64,000 nucleotides of DNA, taken from positions 55,457-119,456 of the forward strand of contig JAQGDQ010000650.1 of the NCBI GenBank assembly GCA_030141605.1, given 5' to 3'. Position 1 is the stretch's first letter. Each line of letters starts with the position of its first letter. Shown here piece after piece: positions 25,901 through 37,900 of the stretch. The stretch comes from Tubiluchus corallicola (lineage: Eukaryota > Animalia > Priapulida). The translations under genes and the position numbers were made by a program. The notes beneath the pieces were generated by a model. That model made no database searches, had not been told where the DNA came from, and saw only the letters and a list, made by a program, of their open reading frames with translations.

Positions 25901-28900
25901 ATAATCGTCATAATAATAACTACATTAACATTCATTAATTTTTATCTTGTTTTTAAGTTTCTAAGCTCGTTTTCACAATAGCTATTTACTTATTACAAGG
26001 TCTCATTAAACCTTATTTTGACATATGATAACAAAACAAAAATATTTTTCTACAAGCTGAGCCTAACACGCAGAAGAAACTAATTAATTTTAAAATTCAA
26101 TGCTTTGAATAATGAAAGCACTAGTCTACAAAATTTGCAGAACAAAATACCAACATATAAATTAAGTTTTTTTAGCTAAGATACAAAAGGCATAAAGCTT
26201 CTCTCAAGTCTGGCATACAATACTGCAATCTGACAACTTCATTTTGGAGCTGCAAATTTTGAACGTTTGAGGAGTTTGCAAAACAAACTCTCTAGTTTCT
26301 CCGTGAAGTAGATGGAACATAGACCAATAAAAGTGCACTTTAAACAGCCAAAGAACGTTTATAAATAAAATAAAATGACAGATAAAATTAATTGGATAGA
26401 ATATCTTGTTTCAAGACACATTTACAAGAATCAGTAAAAGATTAGTATATTAGCTTTTCATGTTACAAAGCTCACCCTTCCCACTCTTCCCCTGTTATGT
26501 TAAATCTTATGGCTCCGAAGTCATATCTTTTGTAGGCCCAATTATTATTACGTGTCATTGCAGTAGGCTTGAACTTATACAGTCCATCATTTGCTCGTCC
26601 AGAGACTAATTCATCTATATACTCCCAGTATGCTGCTTTTGCTGCCAAATCTTCTCGATATCCCCATATAGCTAAATTTCAAAAATGACAGTAAGACAAA
26701 ACTATTAAATGCATGCAAAAAGTTTGTTGCACAGCCAAATGATAAAACTACATTATAGAATAACTATTCTGTAATCTCCACAGATCAAACGTTAATTCAT
26801 CTTACTAAAAAAACAGTCCAAAAAATTATTTTTTATATCTCTCTTCGCTTTGAGCATCTATTGCTTTTCAATTTAAGTAGTTGCTGTAAACATAGAATAA
26901 ACACAATTAGTTTGTATTTAACATAAAATGCAAATAAGCATCTTCTAACAGCTTCACTACAATGTTGAGAGATAATATTTGATGTATAACTTTCGATCAT
27001 TATAACTCATTCATTTGCTCAGCATTTTCACATTCCAGAATACAAATACTAACATAAGCGGTCACTTTTTTGCCAAAAAAGTTATTCCCTGCTGAAATGC
27101 CATACCAGATGATGTGATCAGTGTCCCAAATGTTAGTGTTTTTAAAAGCAACTTGAAGGCAAAGCATCAAAGCCATGTGGCCAGCTGAGTTATTAAATTT
27201 GAAATGTCCAGTACTTATTCGCATTGTTGTTTTTGTTGATGTGGATAGTTTGCATATAAATTCACCAGAGAGGTATGCACATACTAGGCTATTGCATTTT
27301 GGGATGTTACAGCTCACTTGACCTTGTTATTACAACACAAATCTTTTATACTATTTACTAGTAAATTACTCTGAATGACTCAATACTCAGTTATAAAACA
27401 GATACGAAAGCAATAATTTAATTGATTTTAACTGACCTAACTCTAACCTAGCATCAGGGAGATAAGTCATGTTAAATGGATCCCATCGGATTTCCAACTC
27501 AGTAGCATCAAGAATTGTCTGGTCACCTTCCCATTTATGAATCCACCACTTCCTAGGCTCCAGCTGAATCCGGGGTGGCTCGTGACGAGTAGGTTCGGCT
27601 AAAACAAACACCAGCAAATGTTGAATTGATTTGCTACTTTGCGCAAGCACAAACACACCATTTGAGCAGTTTTTTTAAAAGACATCCTAACTTCTAACCG
27701 AAGTTGCAACTGGCAAGCCACTGGCACAAGTGTTTAATGTTTGCTGAATAACTATCGCATTACCCACGTCATAAAGATGATATGCCAACCGTCGAAGCAG
27801 TGAATATCCAACATCTAGAAGAGATTATATTACTCCATATTAACTATTAGCTTCTTTTTCATAAGAAAATGGCGATCTGCACTCTTAAACTAACTGTGCT
27901 GTAGTCATATGCAAGTCATACGTAATTATAGTAACAAAAATACTGAAGAAGTACTAAGCTTCATTTTTCATTACATACAAATGTAAAAGAAGTGAAACCT
28001 TTTGACACTTGCGTTAAGTAAAAAGAAATAACTTGAAAGCACACTTATTTTCACAAAAGCACCAACAAAATACATTAACACGTTTGTGAAATATGTACTC
28101 ACAAATAAAGAACCAGCCTTTAAAATTGTAAGCACTTGTACCATCATGAGACACCTCCAGCTGCACTGCACCACTTTTATAGAACATGGGCAGTAAACAC
28201 CGCGCACGAGTCTCATTCACATATCTACACTCAACAGTCTATAAAAAAACATATCACTACACAGTTAATCACCAAAGTTACTTCCTTTTAACAAGCCAGA
28301 CGCTAAAGGGATGCCATATTTAGAATGACAAAACATACTTGCAAGAAAATAACATTTATAATCTTAATTTTAAAATGATCAGTTAATCATAGAATAAAGT
28401 TCCAGTTGCTGAATGTTTGAAACCAAATTTTACAGAAGTAATAAAAAGGTGAAATGAAAAAAGACTGTGAACCAATACTCCTTTGTTCAGGTACAGGCTC
28501 AAACAAACTCTTTCATATTTTCTTTTCTCCGTTCGAAGTTTTGATTTCACCATATTTAATAACTGTAAGCTAATCTTATCTTACTCACTCCATTTTGGGA
28601 CCATGCCACATGCGTTAATTCAGTAAACTTCCACAAATGCTTCAACCCAGTTCCAGTTGTAGAGTTTAAATACTAATTTAAAAATGTACCTGTGTTTCAA
28701 ATCGTGCTTTTATTGTGCGCCCCTCAACGAAGCACGGACCGGAAATGTTAATGGCTTCTCCACCAAACATGGTACCAACCGATGGGTAAGACAAAATAAC
28801 ACCTGAAACAATTTACTTGTTACAATTTTAGTAAAAAGATTACTAAAAATATGGACTAGAAATGTGCAAAATTACAGTGAAAAACAACATAATAACTTAC

Positions 28901-31900
28901 AATTAAGAAATAAGTATTTTTAAGTGATGTATGCTGATGCTTGTGAAAATTTAAATTTAGCACAACCATTCTATATCTCACAATATTTTTTAACAGTGCA
29001 ACACAAAAACTACTTTAGTTACATATAATAGCCCTAACCCTAACCTTAACCCCAACTCAGTTGTATATATATTATATGAGGCATAAACTAATAAATCACA
29101 TTTTGATCTTTACTTTAAATTGTAAATAACATTTGAAATCACATTTGTTTAGAGAAAGTGTGTATGCATAGATTCTGTTTTTTCTAGCGATAGTATAAAA
29201 TTTTACATTTTAAGAATATAGTCATTATGCTAGACTTAATGCGAACTAAATAAACTTTAAAGACAATAAATAACAAATTCATACCCTGGGTCTCATTAGT
29301 ACAGCCACCTCTTTCAATAACCTCATCTACCCGGAAAATCCAACGACCTGGAGCATCGCCAGTGCTTGTGTACTCATCAATACGTGCGATGCCTGGGTTA
29401 CCAGAAAATGGTGTCAGCGGCCACCATTCTGAACCATTTCCAGCATTAAAACCAACCTAAACATGAGTCACACAACAGCTATGAGACACTCAGTTAAGAA
29501 AAGATAAGAAAAGGTACAAACACAAGCAGTCACGCAAAATTTATGGAACATATATTATGGAACTATTTTGAAACATATTCACAAATCATAATAGTTATAG
29601 AGCAAAAAAGGGATAAAAATATCTAGTGGTTCCTAACACATTTAATGGAACCCATTTATCACTACTAAAATACAAAACCTGATTTAGCAAACTTTTAAAC
29701 AGTCCATTAAAGGCAGCAAATAAAAATATAAATAATTTCAAAAGTAAGCACAGTATGCAGAAGACTTACCACTGCACCCCAGTTGCCTCCGAGACCACTG
29801 TCAGGATGTCCACCAGAATTGGTACTTGCGACCCATGTAACTTGCTCATAGTTCAGAATACAGAACGTGTGAACTTCATCTGTAGCACAAGCAACTTGAA
29901 AAGAATTCAACTAAAAGAAAAAAATTGGAAAAAATTAGAAAATGAAAGCTAAAATAAAAAGGGCAACAATTAAAGCCATACTGCTATTCATTTATAAGTT
30001 CATAGTGATTTATTTTAGCTATATTAAATTTTTGCATCTCTTTTAGGCCTATTTGGCTGAGTGTACAGCAGCAGGTAGCAACACTAATTTAATCAATTCA
30101 TTGATCTACCATACAAAATCAGTTGTGCATGCTGTAGTTGAGTTTAGTAAGCTATAAATGAACACACAACTCTACACGTAATCATTTCTTTTATGTGATA
30201 AATGACTCTGCTGTTATTTTCATCTGCAAACAGCCATATAGTCAACACATTATTTACTTTTTTATGTAAACAATACATAAGTCGTGAGAGTTCAGAAAAC
30301 TGAAGCAACTCTGTCTAGCACACATAGCAGAATAGTATAAAAAAGATTCACTAGTGATTTTAGATACACTTTCATCTAACTATTTTGTTATTTGCTGTTT
30401 TTGTGTCAAGTTAAGTTCACTCTCACATGGTGATTGCTTAAAGCCCTTTAATAACAAGCGTCAAAACAAATAATTTTGGGTTAATTGTGAGATTAACAGA
30501 TTAACTAACAGGTAGTGAGGTATTTGTTGCAGTAACTCCGCATAACAATAAGTCACATTTAGATTTGGCAAAAAAGGCATGAAAACTTTGCTTAAAAGTC
30601 AAACAAAGTTTGACCTTAAGGTTGCATAATTTCTAATTACTGCTTATTCAATGCTATTTTAACAGTAAACATATTTTAAACAAGGGAGATAGTTTTAACA
30701 GGCTGCAACTGCTTGGCATTCTCTGTAGTATTATGTCATTGCATTATAAAATTCATGTTGTACTGTACTTGGAAGTCAAAATTCAATATTTTCTCTAAAA
30801 AGTTAGATTAATAATAACTCATTAAATAGCATTTACAGGAGAGCATTTTCAAGTCACCAGATTTTAGCAAAAAATGTACGCAAAGTAAGTGAAAATAAAA
30901 TTGCTGCCAAAATAATGGCAAAATATTTTGATGCTGCTCTTGCCTTAACAAATTCACTTACCGGTGGTCCACCTTGGTTGTAGACATTAGCACCCTTAAA
31001 TGTGACTTCATGCCAAGTGCAAAGAAAAGCATATCTGGCAGTAAATTTTGATGCTCCAATAACACCTGTTTTAAATACGAATAGTTAATATACGGTTTAT
31101 ATACTTCCCTGTCTCATTAGTAAGTCGTATCGCAAAAGTTAGTGTAATTTTTACACTTTGCAAAAAAGCTGGAAACTCTGATGCCAAGCATACCTGCTGC
31201 ACTTAGAAACTGCTAGGTGTAATAACCAAGGATTAACATAAAAGCAAAACAAGGATTCAACAATCAACAATCATAAATTATATAGTATAAAAACATTGAT
31301 AAATGTATAAAAATATATAAATGTGAACAAAAAACAGAAAAATGGTATCTACAGTAATATTCCATTTGAGCGTTGTAGGCAGTTCCACCTACATAATAAT
31401 AACAGTACCTCATAGAAAAGACATGATAATAGATAAACCATTAGAAATATTAAGTAATATCAAGGCTCAGTACTTATACAATTCTTACGTAGTACCTGCA
31501 CGTAATTACTACTATGAATAAGCAAAAAATAAAAACTTTCCAATCTTTTCGAACTGTATGTATTTTATACACTTATATTCAATTACATCATAATTATTAT
31601 GAATGAGTCTTAATATTAACAAAATTCTACAGAGACTTGGTCAGAGTCAAAACTGTAAAAAAAACTGGTATCCTGGTACAGTAGTACCTGGTATGAAGTT
31701 TGAACCAATTTGAAATTGTATTTCAATCTAATATTAATACTAAAAACTTGATATGACTTTTAGATAGCTCAAAAGCTGCCTAAATCTGATGTTCTATGTA
31801 ACATCTAATTTCTCTACAAAAGCGTTCATAATTAAGCTTATATAACTGACAGCCATCAAAAACTGAAAAGTATTTATTAATTTTTATGAGAAACCTCATG

Positions 31901-34900
31901 TTGCTAAATTTTGTATTAACTCTATTAAACAGTTCCTTAATTCTCATTTTTCTGTGTCATCGTTATCGCATAAATAAAATGTAACAACCTCACCTAAAGA
32001 AACTGCACAATTTGCAATCAGCAAATTGGGATCACAGTTTATTACAGGTAATCTGGAATCTATATAGACCTAGTCAGCTTAGGTAGAATATTTACTATCT
32101 TGAAGTACTAAATGCTTAAAAATTTTGTTGATAAAGAAATGCATACTACTCGCATACATAAATACACCAAAATACACTAGTGTCTATGTCAAAACACAGT
32201 AAAATGTCTTCCAGTGTAATGTCTCAAGTTCAACATTTGCAGTTAAAACTACTGGGTTACTAAAAATAGTAAATTAAAGGCACATCATGGCCTTGGTGCA
32301 ACTTGAAATCATACAAAAAATGAAGAAATGTAAGGAAATTAAATTGAAACAGTATCAACAAATACACTCTGCGTACCAGAACGAATATCACCAGTGATTT
32401 GATCCAAAACTATTTTATCTTTTCTGTTCTGTTCTTCAACTTGCTCACTTGTCACTACACGTTGCTTAGCAGTCCGATAGTACACCTGAAATAATATGAT
32501 TATTCACACATGCCATCCTACCAAATCAAAAATCAAAGACAAGCAAACGTTTTATCATATTTTCAAGAAAATATTTTTCTCTCCTTTAAAGACAGTTGAA
32601 AAGACAGTACGTGAAAAACTATTCTTAAACGAGAAGAAAAAGAAATTTCAAGGTATATCCCAAATCTTTCAACTTTCGATACAAAGTTATAATTACTTAG
32701 CATTACACTTACCTGTTTAAAAGACTTACATAATTATAAAAAGAAAATTTCTAATAAATTAAAACATTTGGGCCAACTGGTAAAACGGTATCCCATTACC
32801 ATCCCAGTGTTTATCACTGACTCACCGAAAAACGCATTATTGATCTTGCTGATAATATAAAATAATTAATATTTTTGCTTAGTTAGCAAACAAAATGCTA
32901 CGAAATCTGATTATTTTTTCAAACTTTATACAATGCTATCTAAACTTGTCTCAAGCAAGTTATTGTTAAAATGGCCGTGCCCAACGGTCATCACGGGAGT
33001 TAAAATTACAAGTTTTATACAGCATTGCTGCTAATACACTTTCCGTGCACAATAAGACAGCATAATAAGTGATACAAAATTTCAAAACAAATTTGTGATG
33101 TTTTATTAAGGGAAGTGGATAGTGCTCGGATGACCAGAACCACGTTACCGAATTATATTGTTCCGATGATCAGAACCACATTTCAAAAGGATAAATTTCC
33201 GATAATCACGTACATGGAATTAGCCAAACTTTTACAAGAACTTAGTTTAAGTGTAGAAATATCATAAGAGAATAATTTTTGAAATACAAAAAGTGAAATC
33301 TTTTAACGCAGAAAAATCGCGGACATAAACACTAAACACTATCAACCACAAAGCTCGCTTAGCTCCACCTTCAATGATTTCAGTGCTCTGACATGCAGAG
33401 GCGACCTAACAATACCGACTCTGGCATAAACTACACAAATTTCAAATGTATTCGCACCAGTTTTAAAAAAATCCACACCCATTGGCTCTCTTGTACAAAA
33501 ATATCCTCATGATTGGTGATTACATACGTTAATTACAGGCGATAACTACGTTACTTTACGGCATTTTCTGTTGGCTATTTTTCCAGATAAAAGTGGTGTT
33601 CAGAGCACACCCGATACAGACACCAGTTCAGGTGACAGTTGATTTGAGTACAACGTATGTTAATTTAGCCGTTATCTGGATTATCGGAAGAGTATCAATT
33701 TTTTAATGGTCGGAACTTGTGCATGCAGCAAAATTCGCAGTTCCGATGATCAGAACAATACCCACTGCCTAAAGTTATTAAGTGTGTTTTCTTGTTTTTC
33801 AGGACTCTAATTATGTGCCCTTGTATATATATATGTTTCTAAATGCCCGCAAGTGCAGCAAAATTTATCTACACCAATAAATCTCCAACTAGAAACTCTT
33901 ACAGTTTTAGTGCCAGTCACTGCCAGTGCTGGTTGGTACTCGTTGTGCTCTACTGGTATAGCTATTCTTTTAAAAAATACACAAATATACAGCACTTGGC
34001 AAATATACAGTACACTGGTATATAACTACCACTTTATTAGGTAAATATAATCAGTCTAAGCGAAATTTAAATTATAGGTTTAATATCGTTTATATCCAAC
34101 TAGAGTGAATAATCGTCTGGATTTTCCTGGATAGGTCACGGAACTAAGAAGCCAAAATGAATCCAAAAATTGTCATGGGAAATAAGTGTTTACCGCTGAT
34201 TTCACATTTTTCAAACTCATACACAATTAGTCAATCCAAATACAAATAAATGAAAATAAATGTATTTGTTAAGTATGCTGTTTGAGCCTTTGAAGCTTGT
34301 TTGAACGTTTCGTTCATTGTTAAGTAAAGCTGTACTTAGACCAAGTCATTAATGATGGTTCTATTTTGCGTAGCGACAATTTTTTTCTAGACCACTACAT
34401 GATTTACGTGGACGCCATTCTAAATTATTTGTACAAATACTCTCGCACTAATATCAAAGCCCATTTCTTCTTTTCTTGTGTTGTGTCCACAAGTTTGGAA
34501 CTCACTTAATAGTGAAACACTAGACGCATCAAATCTACCGCAGTTTCGCAAACTGTTGAGGAGAAACCGTCAATAATCGTGTTATGGTTAGGTATCTTAG
34601 ACTTGGAAAGCAAGTTTCTCAAGCAAATTTAAATAGCAAAATTGGATTTCGCTGTTTTAGCCTAGATTGCAGAGAAGAAATCTTTAGAGAAATACATCTG
34701 ACCATTATACAAAGTGATTAAAGAGGTCTCTATACTTTTATATGATAATTCTACACATATATATCTATCTATATAATATACGTATATTATACATTATACT
34801 ACCGGATTATGCAATTATCTATTCACCTAACATCCTGGCGGCTGGGGTTCCTGCTACAGTATTATATATGGCTCGTGCATTACCAGAGAATGGAGGTCCG

Positions 34901-37900
34901 GAGCCGGAGACACCTTTGCCTGATGACCAGTCACGCGGTCACCAGACTCACCACTTAAACGCTAACACCGACTAGTGACTACTAAATACTGGCGAAAACT
35001 ATGGAATGTCACAGCAAATATCCAAAAATGGAACAAATCGTCATGCAACCCTCGACAAAATGGAATTTGTACATCATCCCGTGACAAGTATTTTTATTTT
35101 TTATGATAACTAGAATGCTACTTACTTTTGAATCGGTGTAAAAATCAATTTCGGACATAAACACAGCAATGATAGCTGGATCAACTTCTTCGGGATATTT
35201 TTCCCACGGAAGTACAATAGGTGTTTGTCTGACAAACAATGGTGGAGGCTCAGCAAATGACAAGAAACCATCATTGAAGACCTGTCAACAATCATGTAAT
35301 AAACTGAAACAAGATTAAGCTCACACAGAGGATTCTTGGCTTACCTTTTATGAAGAAATTAAATAAACAATTATTTTATACAAAAATTGCCGTTAATTTG
35401 CATGTTTTAGCAGAAAGCTTTTAAGTGTGCCGATTATATATATATAATTATTATCATTATAGTTATCATGCTGCAGACAAAAAGCAACAAGGAAACATGT
35501 AAGCGTAAATCCAAGCAACAGTAAACCCTCCTGAAAATAATTGCAGCGTGAAACTGTACTACTTTTTCATGTTAACCATGTTCTGACAGGCAGAGACCTA
35601 ATTAATAGTCACTATAGTCAGGCATTGCATGTTTCTAGAAGAGATAAGTCGTGATCAGTTTCAATCATTCTATAGGTTCCCAAACAATAACGATGCATTA
35701 ATTTATTATTTTTAAATGTAGTTAATAGAACGTTTAAAACTCATTTTTCGTACAGGATAGTAAACCATAAAATAATGAGAAAAATTAATAATGCCGCCAA
35801 AATACAAAAATTAGTTTGAATACAACTCAGCAGAATATGCAGGCAAATAGTGATATAGCCATACAGCAATTCCCGCTTGGAGCCACAGAACAAAATTTAC
35901 GGAAATTTTTGCACTATTTACAAAAATTTTTGAGCGCTTAATTGGCACTTTGCCATCTGAATATAGGAACAATTAAATTTTTCCCTGGATGATTAGGGTT
36001 TTCTAATTCATTGAATACATGAGGTGCTGTAAAAAACTGAAATTTGTTCTCAAAATATCTTTAAACTACGCCAGTAATTGGTAATTCAATAATATCTTTT
36101 CGCAGAGATGCGTTAAAGTCAATAAAACACTATTTGGCAGAAATACGCTGAAGCAAGCAGCTACCCCAACAAACCTAGCGTAGACATTCGCTAATGAATT
36201 AGTGGACGTTTTGTGACTACACGAATCATAATGAGATTAACCATTTTGGGATTCTATTACAATGATTATCTTTCACATTCAAATGCGTAATATTGTTATT
36301 ATTATTGCCATAGCTCTAAAGCGATATTTTGATTATTGTTTGTCTCAGTACAACAAATACTTATGGTTACTACTTACACGTATTTTACTTCTGTTTGAAT
36401 AAACAAAAAATTAAGCCAAGAAGAAGTGATCATTATAACTATAACCTAATGCGGAATAAGTGACTTTACTCTACGGGTGCGCAGACTATTGAGCTAATTA
36501 GACTAATTAGAGTAATCGCGTGTGAAAGTAATGTTAAGGTGGAAAATGTAATTATAAAATTTTTTTAATACAGATAAATAGCATAAAAAGTTTTGACACC
36601 AATTGTTACACAACTGTCAGAAGTATACTGCTGAAATACAGAAGTGTTCACATTATAGTTATAAGTAAAGAAATCTAGCTACAGCGTAAAGACTGGAAAA
36701 ACGTTAGTAATGTTATTGCTAGTATAATGTAGGAGTACGCGTTCGCCTCCTTTGTCAGCTAACATTTATACCTCATTAGGTATGATAACTGCAGGTTTAT
36801 AGTTGCTTCTAATTAGAATGAAACAGAAATAAAATTATTACAGAGGTAAATGTTTTAGTTAATAAGGTCACTATAAAATTTCAGTACAAAGAGAGTCCCT
36901 ATATAATATTAAAAGACAAAGTAAGAACTCTTCATCCTGCTAAACAGATTTACAGATTTAAATAAAACATAACCAGTAATACTAGTGTCTAAATGTTATT
37001 GGTGATTAATACTGAAGATGATAATTTAGCAGAATGCTGCGAGTAAGGCGCGTTGGTCTACTATATATATATGTAGGCCTATTGCCTTGACATGGGTTAT
37101 TCCGGTAGATAAGCGTTGTGAAAAAAAATGTACAAAAACATGCAGTGTTAATTGAGAAAGAAATGGCAGCCTTCAGTAATTAGTAGTGCAGCTTTAGCGA
37201 AAAAGGTACCAGATGCAAATATTAATGTAGTAATTTTTAAAGAAAACGTGCAAGTTCATAAGTACAGTGTCCAGTCAAGAGTCAGCGTGCAGAAAGATGT
37301 TGCTCACAGAAGCACTCAAGGTTGAGAAGACGAGTAGCAGACATCATGCAGAATAACAAAGTCGGCAGGTTATAAGTCAGCTGCATCTACATACTTACAA
37401 ATGTGTAATTATATCGACTACCGTGGAACGGTAATTCAAAATCTAGATAAACTGTAAATGAGAATCCGGCTAACGTTTGGGTATATTTATCTCCGTACTG
37501 CTCTCCATATGGGTACATAACCCTGGCCGTCCATTGCGGGAGCTGTGTGACTATAAACAGCAAAGAGTACATATTATATAAAAATTCTAGACTAAAAATA
37601 CCTCACAGTTATACGAGCATTGGTTTTTGCCGAAACCAGCTAGGAATACACTAGTTTAGAATCTTTACAATTTCACGTAAGCGCGATGAAATGTCAAATG
37701 TGTGGTTGTTTGGACATTCAAGCTTTCTATATTCATTGGGTCCAAATTTACCTTATATGCCCAGACCCGATTTGTGCGATTGTAATAATAATATCAGCAC
37801 TTATATAATAATAATCCAAATGGGACGTGGGAACAGGATAGCTACCTGTGACTTTTGATCAAGCATTGAGTTTCAAACAAAAAAGAAATGCTCGTAAAAC

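Noticed and set aside
29032-29056. Interstitial telomere (ccctaa repeats)
   Set aside because: Only three to four imperfect units. A similar motif at 44041 is inside a transposon-like element.
34772-34791. Perfect 20-bp palindrome tataatatacgtatattata
   Set aside because: Embedded in TA-rich low-complexity sequence where such palindromes arise easily.
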